DNA of 59,089 nucleotides, taken from NCBI GenBank assembly GCA_902514105.1, contig CABXPU010000004.1, positions 1 through 59,089 on the forward strand, read 5' to 3'. The translations under genes and the position numbers were made by a program. Each line of letters begins with the position of its first letter. Position 1 is the first letter of the stretch. Positions 30,426-41,283 of the stretch are shown piece by piece. The notes beneath the pieces were generated by a model. The model was not told the DNA's origin. It was given only the letters and a program-made list of their open reading frames with translations, and ran no database searches. The DNA is from an uncultured SAR86 cluster bacterium (GTDB lineage: Bacteria; Pseudomonadota; Gammaproteobacteria; Magnimaribacterales; D2472).

Positions 30426-31674
30426 AGAATCTTCTGATAAATTAAATTGCTCCTTTTGTGGAAAAGTTCAAGACGACGTCAAGAAATTAATAGCCGGCCC
30501 TAGTGTATATATATGTAATGAATGCGTAGATTTATGTAATGATATTATTGAAGAAGAGGTCAAAAGCGAAGAAATTAACCCTTTAGAGGAGTTACCTTCT
30601 CCACTTGATATTTTTAAACAACTAGATGAGTATGTTATTGGTCAAGATAAAGCTAAGAAGACTCTTTCAGTTGCGGTATATAACCATTACAAAAGACTTA
30701 GATCATCGTCTGTGAATTCAGATGTTGAACTTCAAAAGAGTAATGTCCTCCTTCTTGGGCCTACAGGAAGTGGAAAGACTTTATTAGCACAAACGTTAGC
30801 TAAGATTTTAAATGTACCTTTTACAATTGCAGACGCTACAACTCTAACAGAAGCTGGTTACGTAGGGGAGGATGTTGAGAATATCATTCAAAAGCTTCTT
30901 CAAAAATGTGATTATGATCCTGATAAAGCCCAGTTAGGCATAGTATATATAGATGAGATAGATAAAATAGCAAGGAAATCTGATAATCCTTCAATCACAA
31001 GAGATGTTTCTGGTGAAGGTGTTCAACAAGCTTTACTGAAACTAATTGAAGGTACGGTTGCATCTATCCCGCCTCAAGGAGGAAGAAAACATCCTCAACA
31101 AGAATTTATTCAAATCGATACTTCTAACATTTTATTTATATGCGGAGGAGCTTTTTCTGGTTTAGATAAAGTTATTAGAGAAAGGACTGAAAAAACTGGT
31201 ATAGGTTTTGGTGCTGAAGTATCACAAAACGATAATAATGTTTTAGCTATTCATGGTGAAATTGATAACATTGAGCCCGAAGATCTTGTTAAGTATGGAT
31301 TAATTCCAGAGTTTGTTGGCAGACTACCTGTTATATCAACATTACACGAACTTGATGAAGAGGCTTTAGTAAGAATATTACAAGAACCCAAGAATGCTCT
31401 AGTTAATCAATATAAACATCTTTTCGAGATAGATAATGTTGATCTTTCGTTTAGAAAAGATGCATTATCAGAAATTGCAAAACAAGCTATTAAGAGAAAA
31501 ACTGGAGCAAGAGGCTTGCGTTCTATCTTAGAGAATATTCTTATGAATACTATGTTTGAATTACCAAATGCAGATCTTGAAAAGGTTATTATTGATGAAA
31601 ACTCTGTAAGCAATTCATCTGATCCAATTAAGCTGTTTAAATCAACTGATAAAAAAACCTCTTCAGGTAATTGA
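30415..31674 (+). CDS. clpX: Clp protease ATP-binding subunit ClpX
   Basis: CSFC zinc finger, [15 protein letters not shown] and IGF loops. Confidence 0.98.
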   Translation: MPSKESSDKLNCSFCGKVQDDVKKLIAGPSVYICNECVDLCNDIIEEEVKSEEINPLEELPSPLDIFKQLDEYVIGQDKAKKTLSVAVYNHYKRLRSSSVNSDVELQKSNVLLLGPTGSGKTLLAQTLAKILNVPFTIADATTLTEAGYVGEDVENIIQKLLQKCDYDPDKAQLGIVYIDEIDKIARKSDNPSITRDVSGEGVQQALLKLIEGTVASIPPQGGRKHPQQEFIQIDTSNILFICGGAFSGLDKVIRERTEKTGIGFGAEVSQNDNNVLAIHGEIDNIEPEDLVKYGLIPEFVGRLPVISTLHELDEEALVRILQEPKNALVNQYKHLFEIDNVDLSFRKDALSEIAKQAIKRKTGARGLRSILENILMNTMFELPNADLEKVIIDENSVSNSSDPIKLFKSTDKKTSSGN

Positions 31675-31700
31675 TAATCTTATAAATGTCCTTATCTACT
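31670..31700 (+). promoter_or_regulatory. Possible sigma32 promoter of lon
   Basis: ATTGAT-aatcttataaatgt-CCTTATCTACT ending 4 nt before the lon ATG; no SD present. Confidence 0.45.
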
Positions 31701-31704
31701 AGAT

Positions 31705-34113
31705 ATGGCTATTATTAAAACAGACCATCCCATTATCCCGCTTAGAGATCTTGTAGTATTTCCTGGAGTGGTTACAACTCTATTTGTCGGAAGAGAAAAA
31801 TCTGTGGAAGCACTAAATAACGCCATGAGTACAGATAAAAAACTAGTTCTTGTAGCTCAAATGGACGCAGCCAAAGAAGATCCATTATTTTCAGATATGT
31901 ACCATTACGGGACCATCAGTAATTTACTTCAATTAATTAAGTTACCAGATGGAACTATGAAGGTATTAGTTGAGGGTGCTAAAAGATGCAAGATTCATAA
32001 ACTCGTTGAAGAAGATGCATATACAAAAGCTCGTGTTTCTGAAATTGATGATATTCCTGTAAAAGCATCTGAATCATCAAACCTTATAAGATTCACTAAA
32101 GCAAAATTTGCTGACTTTGTTTCTGTAACTAAACGTATCCCAAAAGAAATTGTTGCATCTGTTGATGCTCTTGATGATTTGTCTAGACTTATAGATACCA
32201 TAGTTGGCCATTTACCAATTGAGCTAAATAAAAAACAAGAAATTTTAGAATTACCAGACCTTCAAAAAAGAGCTGAAACTCTTCTTACATATATAGAATC
32301 TCAATTAGACGTAGTAGATGTTGAGAAAAAAATTCGTGATCGTGTAAAAAAACAGATGGAAAAATCACAAAGAGAGTACTATTTAAATGAGCAGATTAAG
32401 GCCGCACAAAAAGAACTTGGAGAAATAGATGGTGACGGCGATGAATTTGAACAATTAGAAAAAAATATAGATGCTTCAGGTATGCCTAAAGAAGCTCTTA
32501 AAAAAGCTAAAAGCGAGCTATCTAAATTTAAACTAATGGCACCAACTTCAGCAGAAGCTTCTGTTACTCGCTCATATTTAGATTATTTAATAGGAGTGCC
32601 ATGGAAGAAAAAAGGCAAAATAAAATCTAATTTAAATGAATCCTTACAAATCTTAGAAGATGATCATTATGGCTTGGAAGAAGTAAAAGAAAGAATATTA
32701 GAATATCTAGCTGTACAAAAAAGGGTTAAGAAATTAAAAGCACCTGTACTCTGTCTAGTTGGCCCTCCGGGTGTGGGTAAAACTTCATTAGGTCAATCTA
32801 TTGCAAGAGCTACAAATAGAAAATTTGTTCGGATGTCTTTAGGTGGTGTAAGAGATGAGTCAGAGATTCGAGGACACAGGAGAACTTATATAGGCTCAAT
32901 GCCAGGAAAGATTATTCAAAAGTTATCAAAAGCTGGGGTTAAAAACCCACTATTTCTATTAGATGAAATAGATAAAATGGGAATGGATCATAGAGGCGAC
33001 CCCGCATCAGCTCTTTTGGAAGTTCTTGATCCAGAACAAAATAATACTTTTAGCGATCATTACTTAGAGGTTGATTATGATTTATCTGAAGTAATGTTTG
33101 TGTGTACTGCGAATAGTTTAAATATACCTACGCCTTTATTGGACAGAATGGAGATTATTAGAATTCCTGGATATATAGAAGATGAGAAATCTAAAATTGC
33201 TGAAAGGTATCTGCTTCCTAAACAGATTGAACGAAATGGATTGAAGGAAGATGAGCTTTCTCTCGATGATAATATTTTCTTATCTTTAATAAGGTATTAC
33301 ACAAGAGAAGCTGGCGTAAGAGGTTTAGAAAGACAAATTGCAAAGATATTAAGAAAAGTAGTAAAAGAAAGACTAATGTCTTCAAATAAATCTAAAAAAC
33401 CTACTGTTATTAATGAAAAGAATTTAGAAAAATATTCTGGAGTAAGAAAATTTAAATTTGGTGTAGCAGATAAGTCAAATGTTATTGGCCAAGTAACTGG
33501 CTTAGCTTGGACAGAAGTTGGAGGTGAGCTATTAACAATTGAAACTTCATATGTACCTGGAAAGGGAAGGGTAATTAAAACTGGTTCTTTAGGAGATGTA
33601 ATGCAGGAATCTATTCAAGCTGCATTTACAGTGGTTAGATCAAGATCTGACGCTCTGGGAATTAAAAAAGATTTTCATGAAAAATACGATACCCATATTC
33701 ATGTTCCAGAAGGAGCAACCCCTAAAGACGGCCCATCTGCAGGTGTTGGAATGTGTACAGCTTTAATATCAGCTTTTACAGGAATTCCTGTTAGATCTGA
33801 TACAGCAATGACAGGAGAAATAACTCTTAGAGGACAAGTTTTAAAAATAGGCGGCCTTAAAGAAAAGTTATTAGCAGCAAAACGAGGAGGTATAAAGCGT
33901 GTTATTTTACCTAAAGAAAATTCTGCTGATTTAACTGAAATACCTGAACAAATATTAGATTCATTAGAAATTATAACGGTAGACTGGATAGATGAAGTTA
34001 TCTCCAACGCTCTAGAATCAGAACCAGCTCCTTTAAAAAAATCACAAAATTTGCCAAAAAAACCAAGAACTAGGAAAAGCAAAACTAAAACTAATATTAA
34101 CCAAACACACTAA
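31705..34113 (+). CDS. lon: Lon protease
   Basis: GPPGVGKTS, RRTYIG, PKDGPSAG, TGEI, GGLKEK. Confidence 0.98.
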   Translation: MAIIKTDHPIIPLRDLVVFPGVVTTLFVGREKSVEALNNAMSTDKKLVLVAQMDAAKEDPLFSDMYHYGTISNLLQLIKLPDGTMKVLVEGAKRCKIHKLVEEDAYTKARVSEIDDIPVKASESSNLIRFTKAKFADFVSVTKRIPKEIVASVDALDDLSRLIDTIVGHLPIELNKKQEILELPDLQKRAETLLTYIESQLDVVDVEKKIRDRVKKQMEKSQREYYLNEQIKAAQKELGEIDGDGDEFEQLEKNIDASGMPKEALKKAKSELSKFKLMAPTSAEASVTRSYLDYLIGVPWKKKGKIKSNLNESLQILEDDHYGLEEVKERILEYLAVQKRVKKLKAPVLCLVGPPGVGKTSLGQSIARATNRKFVRMSLGGVRDESEIRGHRRTYIGSMPGKIIQKLSKAGVKNPLFLLDEIDKMGMDHRGDPASALLEVLDPEQNNTFSDHYLEVDYDLSEVMFVCTANSLNIPTPLLDRMEIIRIPGYIEDEKSKIAERYLLPKQIERNGLKEDELSLDDNIFLSLIRYYTREAGVRGLERQIAKILRKVVKERLMSSNKSKKPTVINEKNLEKYSGVRKFKFGVADKSNVIGQVTGLAWTEVGGELLTIETSYVPGKGRVIKTGSLGDVMQESIQAAFTVVRSRSDALGIKKDFHEKYDTHIHVPEGATPKDGPSAGVGMCTALISAFTGIPVRSDTAMTGEITLRGQVLKIGGLKEKLLAAKRGGIKRVILPKENSADLTEIPEQILDSLEIITVDWIDEVISNALESEPAPLKKSQNLPKKPRTRKSKTKTNINQTH

Positions 34114-34194
34114 AAAGCCTTTATTTACTTGACTTTTTGGCCTAACTAGCTTTTCATAGGGTGTGTTTATTTAATTTTATAGAGGAGTTATTAC

Positions 34195-34473
34195 ATGAAT
34201 AAATCAGATTTAGTAGATGCGGTAGCAGGTGATTCAGATCTTTCTAAAGCATCAGCCGCAAGAGCTGTAGATTCAGTACTTGCAAACGTAGGTAATGCAT
34301 TAGGTAATGGTGATAGTGTTTCACTAGTTGGTTTCGGAACATTTTCAGTAAGACATAGAGCTGCTAGACAAGGAAGAAATCCACAAACTGGTCAACCAAT
34401 GCACATTGCTGCATCTAAAGTACCAGGCTTTAAAGCTGGTAAAGGTTTAAAAGATAAGGTTAAAAATAGCTAA
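34195..34473 (+). CDS. hupB: DNA-binding protein HU
   Basis: MNKSDLV, GFGTF, GRNPQTG, FKAGK; SD AGAGGAG. Confidence 0.95.
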   Translation: MNKSDLVDAVAGDSDLSKASAARAVDSVLANVGNALGNGDSVSLVGFGTFSVRHRAARQGRNPQTGQPMHIAASKVPGFKAGKGLKDKVKNS

Positions 34474-34487
34474 TCTTTAAAATTTTT

Positions 34488-34516
34488 AAAAGGGTGCTAT
34501 TGCACCCTTTTTTTTA
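34488..34516 (+). terminator. Rho-independent terminator after hupB
   Basis: AAAAGGGTGC-TATT-GCACCCTTTTTTTTT. Confidence 0.9.
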
Positions 34517-34540
34517 TCATTTTTTATATAGGTAATATTT

Positions 34541-36388
34541 ATGTTGGAATCACTTAGATCGTTTTTATCAGGCAAGACTCTGTTGGTATTTGTATGCGTT
34601 ATGGCTATTCCTTTTGTATTCTTTGGATCAAGTACAGTCGGAACTATTTTTACAACCTATGGGAAAGTTAATGGATTAGAGGTTAATCAGTCCGATTTAA
34701 ATGCAGCTAACAATACAGTTAACCAAAGATTAATTGATGCATATGGCGAAGATTTTTCATCCGAAATGATTCCAGAAGATGTTTTGCTAGAAATGGTTAA
34801 AGAAGAAATAATTTCACAAAAAACTCTTTTATCTCAAACAAGAGACTTGGGTATTAACATCTCAGAAGAAAAAGCTAAAACAGAAATTATGACAAGTCCC
34901 AACTTTCAAGTTGACGGACAATTTGACCAAATAGCTTTTGAAGCAGCAGTTAGAACTCAGGGTTATACACCAAACGATTATATTTCTATAGTCCAAGAAG
35001 GTATGGCAAAAAATTATTTAATAGATGCAATAGCCTCTTCTTTTTTTACACTTGAAAGCGAAGTGCAGGATATTGCAAATTTAATAGAACAAGAGAGAGA
35101 CATTAGTTTTACCAAAATTGATTTTAATACCCTAAAAGAATCTATTGAGGTAGATCTGACAGAAGCGCAAGCATTTTATAACGACAACTCAATTAAATTT
35201 TATTCTGATGAAGCTCGCAGTATGAATTTTATTAAATTAGAAAATGATAAATATAGATCAAAGGTAGAGATACCTGAAAATTATCTTGAAGAAGCTTATC
35301 TAGATTACAGCAAACGAATATCGATGCGATCAGAAAAAAGAGCTTCCCACATCATGATCGATTTAATGAACTACTCATCAAAAGAAGAAGCTCTTAATAA
35401 AATTATTGCAGCTCAAAAAGAATTATTATCCGGATCAAGTTTTAATGATATTGTTTTATCTTATAGTGAAGATTTAATATCAAAAGATCTTGAGGGTGAT
35501 ATAGGCTTCTCAGCAGGTGAAGTTTTTCCAGAAGAATTTGAAAACGCATTAGCTGATATGAGTATCGGCGATATTAGTGATATTATTTTTTCAGATGCCA
35601 CAAACTCGTTCCATATTTTAAAATTGACTGAAATTAATAAAGAAGATTTAAAGAGTTTTGATGAAATGGAAGAATCATTACTTGAAGAATTAATTAGCGC
35701 CGAATCAATTGCTTTAATGGATGAAGATAAAGATATTATTGATAATGGAATTATTGATAATTTATCAATAGAAGAAATAGCCTCATCATTAAATCTTGAT
35801 ATTAATACTTCAAACAAACTTACGCTTCAAAATTTTAATTTTGATATTAAGAATCCTATTATTGCTCAAACTTTATTTTCTTTTCCTCAAGATATGAATG
35901 CTCCAGAAGTAATAGATTTAGATGATGGCATTATGGTTATGTCTCTTGATGGAGTTGAAGAATCCTCTTTAATGCCTTTTGAAACAGTTGTAGAAAAAGC
36001 AATCGAATTAGTAAAAAATGATAAAGGTGCCTCATTAAGTTTATCTCTTCAAGAATCCATTAAAAATGATGAAGTTATAGACCAATCCTTGGATTATATT
36101 TCTAGTGATACTTTTATTGGCGTTAAAAGATTTTCTTCATTGTTTCCTCAAGAAGTTCTTCAATTAGCTTTTATCTCATCAGCTAATGAGCAATTTGTTG
36201 CTAATGCAAAAAATGGTGATTCGTATGTAATGACTATTAATGCTGTGAATAATCCAGATGAAGATTTTCTTGATTCCATGGTAGATGAATATAAAGAATT
36301 TAATAGGAACCAAGTTAGTAACAAGGTAGCAACTCTTGTATTTGATGAGTTGCGAAATAGTGCTAAAGTAAATTTACAGAATTTATAA
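34541..36388 (+). CDS. ppiD: Peptidyl-prolyl isomerase D (SurA-N plus parvulin)
   Basis: N-terminal TM, KVNG, FQVDGQFD, RASHIM, YSED, GDIG; follows hupB as usual. Confidence 0.88.
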   Translation: MLESLRSFLSGKTLLVFVCVMAIPFVFFGSSTVGTIFTTYGKVNGLEVNQSDLNAANNTVNQRLIDAYGEDFSSEMIPEDVLLEMVKEEIISQKTLLSQTRDLGINISEEKAKTEIMTSPNFQVDGQFDQIAFEAAVRTQGYTPNDYISIVQEGMAKNYLIDAIASSFFTLESEVQDIANLIEQERDISFTKIDFNTLKESIEVDLTEAQAFYNDNSIKFYSDEARSMNFIKLENDKYRSKVEIPENYLEEAYLDYSKRISMRSEKRASHIMIDLMNYSSKEEALNKIIAAQKELLSGSSFNDIVLSYSEDLISKDLEGDIGFSAGEVFPEEFENALADMSIGDISDIIFSDATNSFHILKLTEINKEDLKSFDEMEESLLEELISAESIALMDEDKDIIDNGIIDNLSIEEIASSLNLDINTSNKLTLQNFNFDIKNPIIAQTLFSFPQDMNAPEVIDLDDGIMVMSLDGVEESSLMPFETVVEKAIELVKNDKGASLSLSLQESIKNDEVIDQSLDYISSDTFIGVKRFSSLFPQEVLQLAFISSANEQFVANAKNGDSYVMTINAVNNPDEDFLDSMVDEYKEFNRNQVSNKVATLVFDELRNSAKVNLQNL

Positions 36389-36407
36389 TCTCAAGGAGTT
36401 TATATCC

Positions 36408-38018
36408 ATGTCTAAAAATTATTTAAATCTATTTTTATGCTTAATTTTTATTACCTCATGTGGTGATAATATTTCGCCAGTTGATTCTGGTCTAGAAAAT
36501 CAGATATTTCATTTTGGTAATGGATCTGAACCACAAGGTTTAGATCCTCATATTGTTACAGGTGTTCCAGAGCATCATATTTTAATTGCTTTATGTGAAG
36601 GTCTAACTTCATCAAATCCAAAAGGCGGAGAGCCATTGCCCGGTATGGCAGAATCTTGGACTATAAGTGAAGATGGGAGGGTTTATACGTTTAATATAAA
36701 TCAGAACGCTAAATGGTCAAATGGAGATAAGGTTATTGCTGATGATTTTGTCTGGTCCTGGAATAGAGTTCTAACACCAAGCCTAGGATCTCAATATACC
36801 GATATGCTCTATTACGTTGAAGGCGCTCAAGATTTCTACGATGGAAAAATTAATGATTTTTCTAAAGTTGGCGTAAAAGCTATAGATTTTAATACTCTTG
36901 AGGTGGTGTTAAAAAACCCAACTCCTTTTTTTCTTGGACTTTTAAGTCATTACTCAACATGGCCGGTCCATAAAGAAACTGTTCTTAAGCATGGAAGCAT
37001 TGATGACAGAAACGGTCAATGGACAAGACCGGGTAATTTTGTATGCAATGGCCCAATGCAGCTTAAGACATGGGAGCTTAACAATAAAATCGTAGTAGAG
37101 AAAAATCCATTTTACTGGGATGCTGAAATGGTTAAATTAAATGAAATTCATTACTATCCAGTTACTAACGTTATGACTGAGGATAGAATGTTTAGAGCAG
37201 GTCAATTACATAGCACTTATACAGTTCCTGCTCAAAAATGCCCTGTCTATATAGAAGAGAGTAATCCAAATTTAAGCATCGATCCTTATATGGGTACTTA
37301 TTTTTATCGAACTAATACGCTTCATCCTGTCTTAAAAGATAAGAAGGTTCGAAAAGCTTTAGCCTATTCAATTAATAGAAAACAAATTGTGGATAAAGTT
37401 AGTCAATGCGGACAAAAGCCAGCGTTTTCTTTTACCCCTCCTGGGGCTAATGGTTATCAGCCTAAAACTGAAATTCCATATGATATTGAGTTAGCTAAAA
37501 ATTTATTAGCAGAGGCGGGTTATCCTAATGGAGAAGGTTTTCCGGTTTTAGAAATCCTCTTTAATACAAGTGAGGATCATAGAAAGATAGCTCTAGCAGT
37601 CCAGCAAATGTGGCAGGCGAATTTAGGGATTAGTGTTGAATTAGTTAATATGGATTGGAAGGTGTACCTATCAAGAGAATCTAGTGGCGACTTTCAGATT
37701 TCAAGAGCAGGCTGGATTGGAGATTACGAAGATCCAAATACATTTTTAGATTTACCTATGCCTGGAAGAGGTAATAATAAAACTGGTTGGGTTAATCGAG
37801 AATATGAAAAGTTAGTTAATCAAGCTAATCAGACCTTAGATCAAGAAAAAAGATATGATCTTTTTCGTCAAGCTGAAAGCATATTAATTGATGAACTGCC
37901 TGTTATTCCTATATATACATATGTTAGACAAATACAATTATCACCCGATGTAAAAGGTTGGGACTCAAATTACCTTGACCACCACCATCCGAAATACATT
38001 TATTTAGAAAGAGATTAG
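36408..38018 (+). CDS. oppA: Peptide ABC transporter substrate-binding lipoprotein (OppA-like)
   Basis: Lipobox ITSC; EPQGLDP, PGMAESW, AKWSNG, RAGWIGDY. Confidence 0.88.
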   Translation: MSKNYLNLFLCLIFITSCGDNISPVDSGLENQIFHFGNGSEPQGLDPHIVTGVPEHHILIALCEGLTSSNPKGGEPLPGMAESWTISEDGRVYTFNINQNAKWSNGDKVIADDFVWSWNRVLTPSLGSQYTDMLYYVEGAQDFYDGKINDFSKVGVKAIDFNTLEVVLKNPTPFFLGLLSHYSTWPVHKETVLKHGSIDDRNGQWTRPGNFVCNGPMQLKTWELNNKIVVEKNPFYWDAEMVKLNEIHYYPVTNVMTEDRMFRAGQLHSTYTVPAQKCPVYIEESNPNLSIDPYMGTYFYRTNTLHPVLKDKKVRKALAYSINRKQIVDKVSQCGQKPAFSFTPPGANGYQPKTEIPYDIELAKNLLAEAGYPNGEGFPVLEILFNTSEDHRKIALAVQQMWQANLGISVELVNMDWKVYLSRESSGDFQISRAGWIGDYEDPNTFLDLPMPGRGNNKTGWVNREYEKLVNQANQTLDQEKRYDLFRQAESILIDELPVIPIYTYVRQIQLSPDVKGWDSNYLDHHHPKYIYLERD

Positions 38019-38027
38019 ATATTTTCT

Positions 38028-38945
38028 ATGTTGCTTATTTTCTTAAAGAGGGTTTTAGCAGCAATACCTGTTTTAATAATTGTAGCTAGTTTAACTTTCT
38101 TTTTTGTAAGACTTGCGCCTGGTGGGCCTTTTGATTCAGACAGAGCTGTCTCCCAAGAAGTCTTGATCAATTTACAAGAGGCGTATAACTTAAACGCTCC
38201 TTTATCAGAACAGTATTTTGATTATATGTCTGGAGTATTGGTAGGTGATTTTGGTCCCTCATTTAGATATCCTGGAAGAAGTGTCTCTGAAATGATTTTT
38301 ACAGGCTTGCCTGTTACTTTAGAGTTAGCAGTTTATGCAATTTTAATAGCACTTTGTGTTGGAATATTTTCTGGAGTTCTAGCTGCTTTAAAACGAAATA
38401 CTTTTTTAGATTTTATTCCTATGGCTATAGCTATGATTGGAATATGTGTTCCAACTTTTCTTATGGGCCCTTTACTAGTATTAATCTTTGGTATTAATTT
38501 AGAGTTATTACCAGTATCTGGTTGGGATAATTTACCTGGAGACAAGATCCTGCCATCTATAACATTAGGTTTTGCTTATGCGGCATATATAGCCAGATTA
38601 AGTAGAGGGGGTATGTTAGAAATTTTAGGACAGGATTTTATCAGAACAGCTAGAGCAAAAGGCCTATCTGAAAGAGCAGTAGTAACTAAGCATGCAATGC
38701 AGGGTGGATTAATTCCAGTTGTTTCTTTCCTAGGACCAGCTGTTGCAGGATTATTAGCAGGCTCGTTTGTTGTGGAAACAATTTTTCAAATACCTGGACT
38801 AGGTAGGTTTTATGTTGAAGCAGCTTTTAATAGAGATTACACCATGATTCTGGGAACAACAATTTTCTTTTCTGCAATGATAGTATTCTTTAATCTCTTA
38901 TCTGATATGGCTGTTATGTTATTCAATCCTAGGGCAAGGGATTAA
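38028..38945 (+). CDS. oppB: Peptide ABC transporter permease
   Basis: APGGPFD, GDFGPSF, FIRTARAKGL, IFQIPGLG, NRDY. Confidence 0.9.
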   Translation: MLLIFLKRVLAAIPVLIIVASLTFFFVRLAPGGPFDSDRAVSQEVLINLQEAYNLNAPLSEQYFDYMSGVLVGDFGPSFRYPGRSVSEMIFTGLPVTLELAVYAILIALCVGIFSGVLAALKRNTFLDFIPMAIAMIGICVPTFLMGPLLVLIFGINLELLPVSGWDNLPGDKILPSITLGFAYAAYIARLSRGGMLEILGQDFIRTARAKGLSERAVVTKHAMQGGLIPVVSFLGPAVAGLLAGSFVVETIFQIPGLGRFYVEAAFNRDYTMILGTTIFFSAMIVFFNLLSDMAVMLFNPRARD

Positions 38946-38947
38946 TC

Positions 38948-39799
38948 ATGGATAACTCAAGTTTATGGAATGATGCATACAGAAGATTAATCCAAAATAA
39001 AGCTGCAATGATTGGAGGCTTGATCTTAATTTTACTTATTTTCTGCGCCATTCTAGCTCCCTTAATAGCACCATACTCATATTCATATCAAGATTTAAAT
39101 CTTGGTGCATCAAAACCATCTTGGGATCACCTTCTCGGAACAGATGTTATGGGTAGGGATTTATTAAGCAGAATCCTATACGGCGCTAGGATTTCATTAA
39201 TGGTAGGTTTTGTTGCTACAGGAGTAGCTTTGGTTATAGGTGTTTCATGGGGAATAATTGCAGGTTATTTTGGAGGAAGAGTAGATTCGATAATGATGAG
39301 AATAGTGGACGTACTCTACGGACTGCCTTTTATTATTTTTATAATACTTCTAATGGTTATCTTTGGAAGAAATTTATGGCTTTTATTTGGAGCTATAGGA
39401 GCTGTTGAATGGTTAACAATGGCAAGAATTGTTCGAGGACAAGTAATAGGATTAAAGAATCAAGAATTTGTTTTAGCAGCTCAAGCAATGGGCGTTAGCA
39501 ATATGTCGATGTTTAGAAAACATTTATTTCCAAATATATTAGGACCCATTGCAGTTTATGCAACCTTGACCATTCCACAAGTTATGCTACTTGAAAGCTT
39601 TTTAAGCTTTCTAGGTCTTGGCATTCAGCCGCCTATGAGTAGCTGGGGAACTCTAATTAAGGATGGAGTTGAATCCATGGAGGAATATTCATGGCTACTA
39701 ATCTATCCAGGATTAACTTTTACAATAACACTATTTGCACTTAATTTTTTCGGTGACGGCCTAAGAGATGCTTTAGATCCAAAAACTTCGAGCGACTAA
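38948..39799 (+). CDS. oppC: Peptide ABC transporter permease
   Basis: LGTDVMGRD, GARISL, EFVLAA, FLSFLGLG, GDGLRDALDP. Confidence 0.9.
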   Translation: MDNSSLWNDAYRRLIQNKAAMIGGLILILLIFCAILAPLIAPYSYSYQDLNLGASKPSWDHLLGTDVMGRDLLSRILYGARISLMVGFVATGVALVIGVSWGIIAGYFGGRVDSIMMRIVDVLYGLPFIIFIILLMVIFGRNLWLLFGAIGAVEWLTMARIVRGQVIGLKNQEFVLAAQAMGVSNMSMFRKHLFPNILGPIAVYATLTIPQVMLLESFLSFLGLGIQPPMSSWGTLIKDGVESMEEYSWLLIYPGLTFTITLFALNFFGDGLRDALDPKTSSD

Positions 39800-41283
39800 A
39801 AAGCGCTAATTATAATTTTAATAATTTGACCTGGCATGATCGGCGAATCATCAAGATTATTTAACTTTCTAATATCCTGAGCCTTAACACCAAATAAGTC
39901 GGCTATCCTATACAAATTATCACCTTGTTTGACTGAATATAAAATAGTTCTTTTTTTTGAATCAATAGTTCTGTATATATTTTTATTTCCTATATTTAAT
40001 TGTTGTCCTATTTTTAGAATACTATTCATTTCTATATTATTATTTCTAGCTACCTCTCTAGGGCTTAAACTGTATCTAGCCCCAATACTCCACAATGAAT
40101 CACCTTCACTTACTATATGTACTTCGTATGGAATAAAATTATTATCTTTAGACTGACTTAAGGGTATTAAAATAGTGTTGTTAATTGTAAGAAGGTCTTT
40201 TTCAAGAAAGTTTATTTTTTTGATTATTTCAACCCTGGTGTCATATTTTCTAGCCAATTCCCATAAACTATCCCCAGCTTTAATGGTATGACTTATCCAA
40301 TTAATTTGATTTTCTTTAAGAAAAAGATCTTTATCTTGTTTTATTAGATTTGCTTTCTCCAGAGGAATATAAAAGATACTTTTTTCACCAGGTGCTGATG
40401 CCCATTTTGTATATCCAGCATTTAATTTATAGACAAATTCAGGTTTTAATCCCACAAAATCACTAAAGGCTAGAATTTCAACCTGACCATTGATTTCAAC
40501 TCTTTCTACAAGCTCTTTAAATGGAATCATTGGTAATTCGACTTCATACTTTTCTGGATTTGAAATAATTTCATAAATAGCAACAAATTTTGGGATATAA
40601 CTTTTTGCTTGAGATGGCAGTCTTAGGTTTGAAAAAGACGGGTCTTTATTTAAATTAATATTACTTTTTATTCGCGACTCAACAAGTGTTGGGCCGGCAT
40701 TATAAGAAGCTAATGAATGAAATAAATCATTATTAAATCTTTTAAACAGGTAATCAAAATATTCTACTGCAGCGTCAGTAGATAAAAATGGATCATGTCT
40801 ATCTTCTTGCCACCAACTTTTATCTAAGTCATAGAGTCTTCCAGTGCTTGGCATAAATTGCCATAAACCTACAGCTCCAGAAGGAGAGATCGAAAAAGGA
40901 TCATAGTTGCTTTCGATAAAAGGTACTAGCGCCAACTCAACCGGTAAATCTGCTTCATTAAGTTTTTGGATAACGTAAAAAATATAAAAAGTTGAATTTT
41001 CTAAATAAGAATAAAATAAATCCTTATCCTTTATATGATTATTAATATATTTTTGTGTAGTTCTATCTATCTCGTAGTCTTCTAGCTGACTATTATTTTG
41101 AATATATTCCCATACAGATACAGGCTCTTCAATAATCTCTTCAACTATTAAAATGGGAGGCGCTTCTTTGATCTCAGAAACTTCATTATTTACATTACTC
41201 TCAATTATTAAACTTTCAGTTTGTTGACAACTTACTACAAACAAAAATATTAAAAGAGAATATATTAACTGTCGTCTTTCCAT
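39796..41283 (-). CDS. mltD: Membrane-bound lytic murein transglycosylase D (SLT plus 3 LysM)
   Basis: Lipobox VVSC; IES, GLWQF, SYNAG; three GDSLW/GDNLY LysM repeats. Confidence 0.9.
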   Translation of the reverse strand: MERRQLIYSLLIFLFVVSCQQTESLIIESNVNNEVSEIKEAPPILIVEEIIEEPVSVWEYIQNNSQLEDYEIDRTTQKYINNHIKDKDLFYSYLENSTFYIFYVIQKLNEADLPVELALVPFIESNYDPFSISPSGAVGLWQFMPSTGRLYDLDKSWWQEDRHDPFLSTDAAVEYFDYLFKRFNNDLFHSLASYNAGPTLVESRIKSNINLNKDPSFSNLRLPSQAKSYIPKFVAIYEIISNPEKYEVELPMIPFKELVERVEINGQVEILAFSDFVGLKPEFVYKLNAGYTKWASAPGEKSIFYIPLEKANLIKQDKDLFLKENQINWISHTIKAGDSLWELARKYDTRVEIIKKINFLEKDLLTINNTILIPLSQSKDNNFIPYEVHIVSEGDSLWSIGARYSLSPREVARNNNIEMNSILKIGQQLNIGNKNIYRTIDSKKRTILYSVKQGDNLYRIADLFGVKAQDIRKLNNLDDSPIMPGQIIKIIISAF

